Below are positions 10,572-20,285 of a stretch of 64,000 bases of DNA, one piece after another. The stretch spans positions 1 through 64,000 of the forward strand of contig VRVR01000029.1 in assembly GCA_009859145.1 (NCBI GenBank). The letters run 5' to 3'. A program made the translations under genes and the position numbers. The notes under the pieces were generated by a model, which worked only from the letters and a program-made list of their open reading frames with translations, had not been told where the DNA came from and did not search any database. Source of the DNA: Andalucia godoyi And28. Taxonomy: Eukaryota; Protista; Jakobida. Each line of letters starts with the position of its first letter. Position 1 is the stretch's first letter.

Positions 10572-11171
10572 CAGTAAGCCTACGCTGTATACCAACTACA
10601 GACAATCATCGCTGATCACCCATAATCAATGCTGCAACCCAACAACATGCATAATGCAACGCGGCGGCGTGTTTATATAGGGATTTCATGATCAAATGGG
10701 GCGAAACGAATCGGGCATCGTGTGACGGAGTTGTTAAGATAGGAAACGCATGCGCATGGCGCGTGGCAGTGTTTTTGCGTATCATTTCTTCGCACTTTTT
10801 TCCCCCTCCCCTTCTATTGTTTTCTGTTTCTTGCTGAGCTAGCGGATGACCATCAAATCACGGAGATGCGGTCAGTTTGCGTTCGGAATGCGCTTTCACG
10901 TCAGAGAGCAAGAAGGAGCAGCAATGTGCAGCGCCGCCGACCACATTCTACTTCCTCCAACGTTGAATGTTGAATCGATTGGGGGGGAGTATGTTGGCTG
11001 CGACGACCCTGTGATGTCGAGCAATCTGCAGGGAAGAGTCGGTGCTCACCCCCAATAAAGAAGCAAAAAAAGAAAAAAAAGAAAAAAAAGAAAAGAAAAG
11101 AAAAAAAAATGCGGCTTGGTTCTGCCATCGATGACGGCTTAGCCGATGATCAATCATGATTCATGTTTTGG
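10572..11171 (+). mobile_element. Dispersed non-coding repeat, copy 1 (probable non-autonomous derivative of a pogo-like element)
   Basis: 10571-~11085 is near-identical to the reverse complement of ~37780-38299. 10831-11171 aligns by eye with 22417-22724. Starts TA|CAGT. Internal A-rich tract. Confidence 0.75.
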
Positions 11172-11247
11172 TGGGTGGCGGGCAAAGAGTGGTACATCAA
11201 GCAATTCAAAACATGACGGCGAGTAGCAAGCGGGCGACGCATGGGGA

Positions 11248-12741
11248 TCACCGCCCCGAGAATGCAATTACCGCTCCAATCAGAGTAGACAGCAGGGTAA
11301 ACAGTTTGGCAAACGCATCGGATGTCAGTGCAACTCCTCCCACGTTAAACTCGGGGGGCAAATGGCTGAGCGCCTCGATGACGACTTCAGGACGCTGCTG
11401 CCCCTCTGCGGCAATCAGGCCGTACATGGTCATGGTTCGGATGGCGGTTGACTTGCAGTCTGTCGTCGCAATGGTGACGAGCGTATAGATCCAAAAGACA
11501 AGCATAAACGGCCCAATTTGGACGAAGATGACATAAATAAAGTTAGAGAGCGATGCAGCAGTGGTGACGGGATTGATGAGATAGCTGAGAATGATTGTGA
11601 CAAAACTCAAAAACATCGTGGGAATGATGGAAAACAGCGGGAGCGACAGATGCTTGGAGGCAAACCGCACTTTGGCAATGATCTGCGAGAGAGAGTGGAA
11701 CGCAACATTGAGAGAGAACCCCTGCAGGACATCGGACAGCTTCGTTTCGGACGGCCGATATACGTGCTTGTGCTTGTGCCGGAAGAGCGGGTTGACTTCC
11801 AGGCTAACTGACTGGGCGTCTTTCGACAGCTGCGCATTGTCGATTATTCCTTGGAGCAAGAGACACACTCGTTGAAGTTCGATGTCGACAACCTTGGCTT
11901 CGGTATATATGTACATCCCCACCATCATGAGAAACGCCGTGTTTGTGAACAGCAAAAGGGTCACCACCGTACGCAGAATGCCCTGCAATACGATAAATAC
12001 CACCACGCTTTGGGCAGAATCGGAAGCCCCTGAATTCGACACGGAATTCGACACGGAAGTGATTTGTGCAATGATCAGTGCAAATGCAAAAAATCGCAAG
12101 ACACGACGGGTCCATTGGAGGGTTGAGACGAGCTGGCCCGAAAATTGCGACTGGTCAACCAGCTGGCTTTCGGGTAAGCGAACGATGATGGCATGGTAAT
12201 ATCCCTTTCTGCAAATATTGAATATGGAAAACACGACAATAAGCAGAAACGTCGCCGTAATCGCGGACGCCACAAACAGAAAGAGTCGAGAGGACGAGGT
12301 CAGCACGGCGCCGTTCGAGCTCTCCGACTCGTCCAGCCCATCATCCAGCATGTACAGCAAATAAATTGAGTACACATAGAAAACAAGCCAGACGACATAC
12401 GAGATCTTTGCCCAGATAACATGTATGCGGTCAAACGTAACATTGCAGTCTGGAACGGGCAGAAATGCAAAGAAGCACACGAGAGAATTCACCGTCGACA
12501 GCGGCTGGCTTGCATCGAAACAGTCAATGAGCACTTGCATGTCAACGTCATCCGTCATCGAATCGCGCGCAGTGGACGGAATACGCACAATTTCAGAGAA
12601 TGTGGAAGCACCTTTGCGCCGTCGGAGTCGTCGAATATAGACGTACTTCACGGTTCCAAAGACAAGCAGGACAAGGAACATGAACAGCGAGACGCTCACA
12701 AGCACCTGCAACACAATGTCCTTTGCTCCGAGTGTCGCCAT
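11248..12741 (-). CDS. Multipass membrane protein, gustatory-receptor-like / 7TM ion channel candidate
   Basis: About 8-9 hydrophobic segments with long helical linkers. C-terminal PEFNVGGVALTSDAFAKLFTLLSTLIGAVIAF resembles the GR/GRL TM7 signature. Confidence 0.55.
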   Translation of the reverse strand: MATLGAKDIVLQVLVSVSLFMFLVLLVFGTVKYVYIRRLRRRKGASTFSEIVRIPSTARDSMTDDVDMQVLIDCFDASQPLSTVNSLVCFFAFLPVPDCNVTFDRIHVIWAKISYVVWLVFYVYSIYLLYMLDDGLDESESSNGAVLTSSSRLFLFVASAITATFLLIVVFSIFNICRKGYYHAIIVRLPESQLVDQSQFSGQLVSTLQWTRRVLRFFAFALIIAQITSVSNSVSNSGASDSAQSVVVFIVLQGILRTVVTLLLFTNTAFLMMVGMYIYTEAKVVDIELQRVCLLLQGIIDNAQLSKDAQSVSLEVNPLFRHKHKHVYRPSETKLSDVLQGFSLNVAFHSLSQIIAKVRFASKHLSLPLFSIIPTMFLSFVTIILSYLINPVTTAASLSNFIYVIFVQIGPFMLVFWIYTLVTIATTDCKSTAIRTMTMYGLIAAEGQQRPEVVIEALSHLPPEFNVGGVALTSDAFAKLFTLLSTLIGAVIAFSGR

Positions 12742-13128
12742 TGTGTATTCGAACGGATTCCCCGGTGATCACAATGAACAAAGGGAGAAGGTCGTTCGAT
12801 CAGCGTAGGAAACGACGATGCGTAAATTGTGTCGGCAGTATTGGAAACTCTACGGAACGAACACGAATGATGAACGGGGTGAACGGGGGGTCATATGGAC
12901 GCGGGGAGAGAATCTTCGTGAGAGAGCAGCATCACCTGTGAGTCCTAGTGTCAAGCAGAATCGCTTGGAAAACCTGGCACCAGGCGTACAGCAGGAATTC
13001 TATGGTGATCTTTTGTGGCTGCGTCGGGAAATCGGCGATACTCGGGGCACGCTGCCCTGGTGGGGGGACTGGTGGCACCCCGCTGATGCGAACCATGCAC
13101 CGTCGTCTGCATCGTGGTACATGAATAC

Positions 13129-13152
13129 GGGGTTGGGGTTGGGGTTGGGGGG
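13129..13152 (+). repeat. GGGGTT x3 + GGGGGG, telomere-like G-quadruplex motif
   Basis: Sequence GGGGTTGGGGTTGGGGTTGGGGGG read directly. Confidence 0.85.
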
Positions 13153-13177
13153 TTCTGGTCTTCTATTTTGCTTTACA

Positions 13178-13984
13178 CTATCGGCTACTGCTCGCAAGCG
13201 TCGAATTGTTGAGACAGTCCAGACCGTCGTACCCGGCTGTTTGCAGATAGTAACAAAACCACTGCGCAGCGCATCTGTTTTCGATGTGGATGGGTCGTCC
13301 CCCAACCGCGTCAGCAATCTTCATTGATTCTGGAAAGGAGAGATTCAGAAACCTCATCTGGTATGCCGCCATCATTTCCCCGGTGCGATCGATGCCCTCT
13401 TCACAGTGCCCGTAGGCAACCACGGGCTTCTTATTTTCAGTAAGCATCGTGTGCAAAAACGCAGTATTTGGCACAAGCGCATCCTTGTCCCATCTGGGGA
13501 ATGTGGACGCGAGCTGCAATCGAACGTCCTCGGTATACTCCCACGGACACTGCGCACTGGACACTCCGTGCAGGCCCCAGGGGTACATGAATCCCAGCTG
13601 CGGATGCTTGAGAAAGAAGGATATCTCGGCATTGAAGTCGATCTTTTCTGTTGGTGAGAAGTTGGATATGAAGGACAGGTCATAAAAAGAGAACGACGCA
13701 GAAGAATCCGGGAAATCAGACGAAGCTTCTTCGACCGCCTTCTTGTGGAGAAAAGACAGCAACGTGTCATAGTCAAAACAGCTCGAATATGGAATCGTCG
13801 ATCCGCATTCTGTGACGTTTGAGATCGATGCATTCCGCGGCTGGTCGCCACGAAACAGCCAGCCATTCGTCGGACTTCTGTACACTACATGAATCCGATC
13901 AAACGTTAATGCATGAACGTCGACCGCAATAAACAACACAGACAGCACCAGCAGCAACGCACGGCCGATGCTGGAACGCAGCAT
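13178..13984 (-). CDS. Secreted PTP/dual-specificity phosphatase-like protein
   Basis: Signal peptide MLRSSIGRALLLVLSVLFIAVDVHA. WLFRGDQP, and CX5R loop HCEEGIDRTG. Confidence 0.75.
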   Translation of the reverse strand: MLRSSIGRALLLVLSVLFIAVDVHALTFDRIHVVYRSPTNGWLFRGDQPRNASISNVTECGSTIPYSSCFDYDTLLSFLHKKAVEEASSDFPDSSASFSFYDLSFISNFSPTEKIDFNAEISFFLKHPQLGFMYPWGLHGVSSAQCPWEYTEDVRLQLASTFPRWDKDALVPNTAFLHTMLTENKKPVVAYGHCEEGIDRTGEMMAAYQMRFLNLSFPESMKIADAVGGRPIHIENRCAAQWFCYYLQTAGYDGLDCLNNSTLASSSR

Positions 13985-14316
13985 GTGACTCTCTCGTTGC
14001 GTGCACTTCCAGCGGATTAACAAGCGTCAAACAAACAAACAAACACAAAAGAAAAAAGAAAGAAAGAAATCAGGAATGTAAAATGAAGACTGCGGGGGGC
14101 GAATCAGACGGTGGGAACTTGGAAAGGAAAAAAAATGACACCTCGGAGCGACGACGGCATGCTTGCGGAAATTTCCCCGAGTTCTGCAGATCTGCGGAAT
14201 GCCCGATGCTCGGAGAGAAACGATTCACGAAAAACAGAGAAGAAAAGAAGAGGCTATTTACATTTTAGTTGCAGGGAGACGAATAGGAGGCAGAGGGGGC
14301 ACGGCAGAGAGGGATA

Positions 14317-15972
14317 CTAATAAAATTTGCGACTGGGATTGATGGGAACCAGGTTCGGTTTCCGATCAGCGCTTGCAGCGCAGCGGGAGGTGCTCGAAGA
14401 ACGGGCAGAAACCACTCTGTTCGTTGAAGAACCAGCAGCCGCATAGGATAATGATGAGTTGGAAAAGGAAGGACCGTTTGAGCAAGACGGCGACACCGCT
14501 GCGGATGGGAAATCCCCCGAGATAGAACTGAACATTGAGACAGAGACCTTGTAGCGCGTGACGGAGGACGCCCGTGCAGCGGATCCTGGTCGCTCGAGAG
14601 ACTCCAGCTTTGCTATGACCACAGGAGGAGCAGACATACTGTCCTTGCTGAGAAGGCGCTCTACTTCTAGCACTTCTCCGTATTTTTCCAACGCAGATTC
14701 CGTGGGGAAAATCTTCTCGTACAGGGTCTTTTCCGCTAGCCTTTCACGCTTCGGTGCGGTGGATGCCTTGGAATATTGCATGAGCGCCGAGGGCAAATTG
14801 GACGAATTGACGAGGCTGGAGCTGCCACCGCTGGACAGCAACCGCCGGCGGCACTCCTCCTTTTCAAACTTGTCGTATTTCTTCTTGTACAATGGTCGGA
14901 TATTCATCATTGATACGGCTCCTGAAATCAGATCCTCCTTGATGCGCTGGTCGAGCTCCGAGTCTGTGGTGAAGGAAGGGGAATGATTGATTTCAATCAG
15001 CCACGGAAAGAGTTTCTTATCCACCATGATATCAAACCCAAGAATCTCAAAGCATTTTTCGTTCGCCCCACACGTCTGCGACACAGATTTTAGATGGGAC
15101 GCAATGCTGAGGATGCTCTTGATCACAATGTCTCCCACCTGGTCCCACATCCTTTGGTCATCATATCCGTTCTTCCGCAACCAGCTCCGGAACCAAACAA
15201 TGGACCGCTTGGTCGCCGAGCCCTCGGCATCCTCTTCTGCCCCGTCGTTTTGTACAAAGTTGTCATTGTTCTTGTTGATAGCGTAGTTGGTGAGATGCAT
15301 AAACGCACAATCCATGTTTTTCCCGTTCGGTTCCACATACTTTTCGGTGCAGATCCTCACAAGTCCGTCGGCGTACAGATAGATTTCTGGCAACGGATCG
15401 CACGATGCGACCAACACGTAAACCCGCATATCGAATTTGAATCCGTCAATTAGGAACGGCTTTCCAAGGTACTTTTGCACCACGGCATCCATGAAGGGTG
15501 GAATGTCCTCCAACCGTCGAGTCATGAAGATTCCCTTTCCTTGGCAGCCCGCTGAAGGCTTCACAATTAGCGTCCGATTATTCTTTCCCGTCTTTTCCTT
15601 ACCCAAATCGACATATGAACGAAGCGCCGCATAGTCCGAAGGCAGGACAAACGTTTTTGGATAAAAGTTGTAAGTCTCCGGCAGCAGATGCTTCAGTCTG
15701 TTCAGATTTCTTCCCATCGCAGCCTTCCTGCAGATCTCCAGCATGCCCGGAAAATGGTTAATGCGCTGATACAACTTCAGTTTCTTAACTCGCTCCACAG
15801 AGACAGACGTGTCAATCCAGAACAGATGGAATTCATCCTCCTTGTCTGTCTCAACCAGACCAAGCGCCAAACAGGCGTCGCGAACCACCTGGTATTTGCA
15901 GTTCACCATACAGAAAATCACGGGCGACACTTTCTTCCCTGTCCCGCGTCGAACAGGCCTGTCATCCTCCAT
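14317..15972 (-). CDS. TTLL6: Tubulin polyglutamylase, TTLL6/TTLL13 type
   Basis: CKYQVVR, RINHFPGMLEICRK, VQKYLGKPFLIDGFKFDMRVY, CFEILGFDIMVD, PWLIEINHSPSF. Confidence 0.92.
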   Translation of the reverse strand: MEDDRPVRRGTGKKVSPVIFCMVNCKYQVVRDACLALGLVETDKEDEFHLFWIDTSVSVERVKKLKLYQRINHFPGMLEICRKAAMGRNLNRLKHLLPETYNFYPKTFVLPSDYAALRSYVDLGKEKTGKNNRTLIVKPSAGCQGKGIFMTRRLEDIPPFMDAVVQKYLGKPFLIDGFKFDMRVYVLVASCDPLPEIYLYADGLVRICTEKYVEPNGKNMDCAFMHLTNYAINKNNDNFVQNDGAEEDAEGSATKRSIVWFRSWLRKNGYDDQRMWDQVGDIVIKSILSIASHLKSVSQTCGANEKCFEILGFDIMVDKKLFPWLIEINHSPSFTTDSELDQRIKEDLISGAVSMMNIRPLYKKKYDKFEKEECRRRLLSSGGSSSLVNSSNLPSALMQYSKASTAPKRERLAEKTLYEKIFPTESALEKYGEVLEVERLLSKDSMSAPPVVIAKLESLERPGSAARASSVTRYKVSVSMFSSISGDFPSAAVSPSCSNGPSFSNSSLSYAAAGSSTNRVVSARSSSTSRCAASADRKPNLVPINPSRKFY

Positions 15973-16338
15973 GACGACTCTACAAAGCGATCAAATTGAT
16001 CTTGCTCAGAACAAACAAATATATATATATATATATAATATGGTGTTGGTGCGGAAGAAGAGAAGGAAGAAGAAGAGAGAAAATGAAACACGGTGAAAAT
16101 TGGCCAGGGAAACGGAAAAAAAGCCGGGGAAGCCCATCCATCCACTGGACTTTAGGATAGAGAGGTTTTTTTTGATCCGATACTGATCTGCTCAGGCGGT
16201 GCTACGACAGACGGAAATGAGTTTTTTTTTTTGCGCTGTGGCGTGAAATGGCAGCAAAAAAACCAGAAACGGGGGGGAGAAAAGAAAAGAAAAGAGAGGG
16301 CTGAAGAAGAGCGAGTTGTGAAAAATCCGGAGAAAAAG

Positions 16339-16953
16339 ATGAGGTCCTTCACAACTGTGCTTCTCATGATCACCGGCATGGCGTGCTGTTCTTTGCAGGT
16401 CTGCCGCGCCATCTCGTCTCTCATTGTGATCTCTCCTGACGACTTTGAGCCGAAAATGCCTGAATTTGGCCCGTCCAGCTTCGGGCCGCCGCTGCTAGGT
16501 GCGACTGCAGTGCGGTCTCGGATTGAGCTGTCCCCTGTTCCAAACGGCTGTCAGAATCATGTTGGAGAAGACGGAGCGCGGCTTGATTTTCGAGGACGCA
16601 TTCTGCTTGTTTCACGAGGCGTGTGTTCGTTTGCGCGAAAGGTTTACCTTGCTCAGATCGCAGGAGCAGCAGGTGTGTTGATTGCTAATGGGGAGGTCCC
16701 ATCCGAGTCACTGATGCCGCGAACACCGCCTGTGAGTGGCCTGTCATCGGGATATGACGATGCGTGGAATGCGTTGGATGTCGCTTCAAACCCCGTTCCA
16801 GAACTGTTTCAAATGGCAGATGATGGGATGCTGGGGATGCGAGTCCGCATTCCTTCGCTGCTAATTCACGCTCACGATGCATTGAATCTCGTCCGAGTGG
16901 CCAACGTCAGCGATGTGTCCATTGGATTGGTCCTGCCTCTGGTGCTGATTTGA
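16339..16953 (+). CDS. Secreted stand-alone PA (protease-associated) domain protein, PRADC1-like
   Basis: Signal peptide. ILLVSRGVCSFARKVYLAQIAGAAGVLIAN and IPSLLI PA-domain motifs. No catalytic domain follows. Confidence 0.75.
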   Translation: MRSFTTVLLMITGMACCSLQVCRAISSLIVISPDDFEPKMPEFGPSSFGPPLLGATAVRSRIELSPVPNGCQNHVGEDGARLDFRGRILLVSRGVCSFARKVYLAQIAGAAGVLIANGEVPSESLMPRTPPVSGLSSGYDDAWNALDVASNPVPELFQMADDGMLGMRVRIPSLLIHAHDALNLVRVANVSDVSIGLVLPLVLI

Positions 16954-17076
16954 TGCCGCACACTCTCTGGCAGTCTTTTTTACCGTCGACAAACTTTTTA
17001 TTTTTTATTTTATTTTTTTTTATTTTTTTTTGTCTTATCAGCACTTGTTCTACAAATCCTGCTTCCTGCAAATGCC

Positions 17077-19884
17077 CTACTTGTTTTTCGTGAGCGTACG
17101 CTGCTTTTCGGCCTTTTCGACAATCTTTTCCTCCACGAACAGCCCCTTTCTTCGACGGACGTCCTCCATCAACTTGCGAGCCAGATGAACCCCATCGACT
17201 TTCTCTCCTTCGGCATCCAGCTCCTCCGCAACCAGTGGGTCTTGGTCAATAGATATCCAGCCCTCGAATCTCAGCTGCGGAGCCGCGGCTCCAGAAGTCT
17301 TCTTCCGGAGATCCTCTCCAAACCCAAAAGACTCCACAACGGGGAGAAGGGAGCGAATAATGAAAATGTTGGTACCTTCCTGCACGTCTTCATCAAGCAC
17401 CTTGCCCCTCCTCTTCGCCAGGACACCGTGTGCTTTGCCAAGAACGGCATCGGAGCAGAACAGCTGGCACAAGTACGCCGGCTCCTTCAACCGGTGTGCA
17501 GGAGCTTTCAAGTACGCCCTGTGACAAGCATCCCGCATGTTTGACATGATGGAACTGTAGTCAGTGCCGGAACTTTGCGAACCTGGAGACGATGCATCCA
17601 ATTCCAGTTCTTCGAGAACGAAACAGACACCCCACAGAGGCTCTTCGCACATGGGACCTGATCTCGTGGCCACCTGAAATCCAGCAACAAACCCGGATTC
17701 GTCGTCGTCCCTCCACCAGCACCGCTCAACAGAGGAAAACGATTTCCGCGCATCAATCAGAATGTTTGGTCCGGTTCGCCGAGGGCCCAAAGACCAAATT
17801 CGATGAGCCCACTGCGGATACGGCTTCGGGGCGCTCTCAAACATTTTAACCAGGCGTGCATGTGCTTCTTCCGGGGAGTTTTTCAGGTTCAGGAAATTCT
17901 TGTCCAAAAACGAGGCTATCTCTTCCGGCAGCGGAAGTGCGCGCACAGAATATGGATTCGGAAGTCCGTCCGATATCGGAGGAGATGACGCCGCAGCATA
18001 GCTGACGGTGGGAGCAGCAAGACTTTCGCGGAACGGTACAAGAGGTGGAGATACAATGAAAGGGACTGCAGATGCAAACTTGTCCTTCAAGTCTTTGAGG
18101 CAGCGCTCCAAATGGACTTCGCCGGCGGCCGCAAGGACGCACTCGCCAGATTCTGCGAGATAGACCTCCACAGAATTGTCACATCTGTCGAGCAATCGCA
18201 ATCCTTGAATGAGCTCCTGGAGTTGCGAGATGTTTGTAGACTCCACAGCCACGCGAACAATCGGGGCCCCGGCAGAGGACGAAAGCAGCTTCATCGGGAT
18301 CACTTCGTCGACCGGGAGCGAGCACAGCGTCGCAGTCTTGTGTATCCTATCCAGCACACCGTCAATGCCAAACAATTGGCCCGCAGAGACATTCGTCACT
18401 GGCTCCAAGGAGCGGCCCATGAGAGCAAAGAGTCTCGTGACCTCGAAATCGGCAGTGGATTGTTGCGACTTGATCGAAATGCGATCGCCAACAGACAGTC
18501 TGCCGCAGTACAGTCTAGCGAATCCCACGTAGGGATCCTGTGCAGTATCGCGAGGCCGCGATACTCCCTGTAGCACTTCGGTCTCCAGCAGTTTGGAAAT
18601 GAAGGCGTACGTTGGTGCCTCTCGCGAATCTCGGCATTCCAGCAATGCTGCCTTCAAAGATTCCTGCTGGGCTGTGAGCTGTGCGTTCGAATCGAACAGT
18701 TCTGGAATTAATTTGGAAATGTTGGCCCGCTGCGCTTCTACAGGACTGGGCAAGCACTGAACAACCATGGAAAGAACAGCCTCAGCAAGCGGCAACCAAC
18801 GAGAAAACACAGATTCGCGCACAGATGGTAGGAATTTGTTCATCACTTCTCTCGGAGGTATTATGAGCTTCAGCGTCGTCACAATCTTTTTCAGTTTTTC
18901 TCTCTCGGGGTCATCTTCTAATGGAAGAATCGCGCTGTAAACGGACGCGATGTTTTTCAGCACGAACTGCACAAACATGGGCTCCTGGCCCTCGCGGACG
19001 GGCTTCTTCGTTATTTTCATCGTCTTGGTGTTCAGATAAAATTCTCCAAACAGGACCTGCTGCAGCACCTCCTGATTGACCTTCAATTTCTCCGCGTAGA
19101 TCTTTGCAAAATCCGCAATTCTAAAGCCCCAGCCTTCAAAAGCAGAGGAAAACACAACATTTCCTTTCGACGGCGAAAAGAACGATTCTGAATCAATTGC
19201 ATCCTGCTTGGCATCTTCAAACGTCTTTTCCTGAATGTCGGCGAGCACATCCTCGGGGGGCTCCGTGCCGGACGCTCCGCCGCATGATGCCGCATCCGCC
19301 ACTGCAGCATGTGCAGCGTCTTCGGACTCGTCTTGGGACGCGAGCCACGTGGAACGGTGAAGTGTACTTTGAATCGCATTCACTTGCTCGAGAATTCTCA
19401 GTACATGCCTGTAGACCTGCATCCCGTCCATCTGCAATTCGGAGAAGAGCCGATCCATCTTGTTCAGAACAAGACAGGGGGTAAGGTTCTCTTGGTACGC
19501 CTGCATAAGAACTGTATGTGTCTGTGTACAGATGCCCTCAACAACATCCACCACAACCAAGCACCCATCCACCAGTCGGACAGCAGATGACACTTCGGAT
19601 GAAAAGTCCACATGACCCGGAGAATCAATGAGATTCACTCGATACTCAGTGGAATTATGAGCATAGTGCAGCGCAATCGAAGACGATTTCATTGTAATCA
19701 TCCGTTCCTGCTCGTCTTCGCGCGAGTCCATGTATCGGACCTTTCCTGCAAGTTTGTTGCTGATGATCCCGTTGGACGCAATCAGAAAATCAGACAAGGT
19801 CGTCTTGCCGTGGTCCACGTGAGCCAAGACGCAAATATTCCGCGTCTTCAAAGGATCAATGATCAGATCCGTAATTGACTGCAT
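17077..19884 (-). CDS. EFL1: Elongation factor-like GTPase 1 (EFL1/Ria1), 60S ribosome maturation
   Basis: RNICVLAHVDHGKTTLSDFLIASNGIIS, YMDSREDEQERMITMKSS, DSPGHVDFSSEVS, GEVHLERCLKDL, LRKKTSGAA, RRRKGL. Start at ATG 19884. Confidence 0.95.
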   Translation of the reverse strand: MQSITDLIIDPLKTRNICVLAHVDHGKTTLSDFLIASNGIISNKLAGKVRYMDSREDEQERMITMKSSSIALHYAHNSTEYRVNLIDSPGHVDFSSEVSSAVRLVDGCLVVVDVVEGICTQTHTVLMQAYQENLTPCLVLNKMDRLFSELQMDGMQVYRHVLRILEQVNAIQSTLHRSTWLASQDESEDAAHAAVADAASCGGASGTEPPEDVLADIQEKTFEDAKQDAIDSESFFSPSKGNVVFSSAFEGWGFRIADFAKIYAEKLKVNQEVLQQVLFGEFYLNTKTMKITKKPVREGQEPMFVQFVLKNIASVYSAILPLEDDPEREKLKKIVTTLKLIIPPREVMNKFLPSVRESVFSRWLPLAEAVLSMVVQCLPSPVEAQRANISKLIPELFDSNAQLTAQQESLKAALLECRDSREAPTYAFISKLLETEVLQGVSRPRDTAQDPYVGFARLYCGRLSVGDRISIKSQQSTADFEVTRLFALMGRSLEPVTNVSAGQLFGIDGVLDRIHKTATLCSLPVDEVIPMKLLSSSAGAPIVRVAVESTNISQLQELIQGLRLLDRCDNSVEVYLAESGECVLAAAGEVHLERCLKDLKDKFASAVPFIVSPPLVPFRESLAAPTVSYAAASSPPISDGLPNPYSVRALPLPEEIASFLDKNFLNLKNSPEEAHARLVKMFESAPKPYPQWAHRIWSLGPRRTGPNILIDARKSFSSVERCWWRDDDESGFVAGFQVATRSGPMCEEPLWGVCFVLEELELDASSPGSQSSGTDYSSIMSNMRDACHRAYLKAPAHRLKEPAYLCQLFCSDAVLGKAHGVLAKRRGKVLDEDVQEGTNIFIIRSLLPVVESFGFGEDLRKKTSGAAAPQLRFEGWISIDQDPLVAEELDAEGEKVDGVHLARKLMEDVRRRKGLFVEEKIVEKAEKQRTLTKNK

Positions 19885-19890
19885 TGCGCG

Positions 19891-19916
19891 TGTGTGTGTG
19901 TGTGTGTGTGTGTGTG
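19891..19916. repeat. (TG)13 microsatellite immediately upstream of the EFL1 start
   Basis: Directly visible. Confidence 0.95.
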
Positions 19917-20285
19917 CTATTTGATGAAGGTGAGAAAGAAAGAAAAATAGATGCAGAAAAAACGATGATGCATTCGATCGAATCGCAAAACATCCGCGAA
20001 ACACCGTCACTCTTACTTTTACAGTCGGGTAGAAGTGTTTTTTCATCGACAATGGCAACCGGGAGGGCCGAAGCACGCTCTTGCAGCAATCCCGCTGAAA
20101 TCGAAGTGCATACTCGGGCGGGATAGCAGCGCTTTCCACAGTCGGTAGCAACATCTGCTGAAGGGAAGAAGTGGTAATGACCAGCACACACTACAGAGCG
20201 ACAAGCAAGCCGACCGCTACCGAGGACGAAAAAGAGATCTGCAGTAGGAAAGAGAGGATGGCGCGTTCCGAAACATGAACAAGGC

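Noticed and set aside
10846-11058. Identical 70-aa ORF in both repeat copies (also 37811-38023)
   Set aside because: Its identity comes from the recent duplication, and the frame is not kept in the diverged third copy.
12818-13327. 169-aa plus-strand ORF
   Set aside because: Overlaps the phosphatase antisense, includes a G-repeat-derived GLGLGLG stretch, and has no motif.
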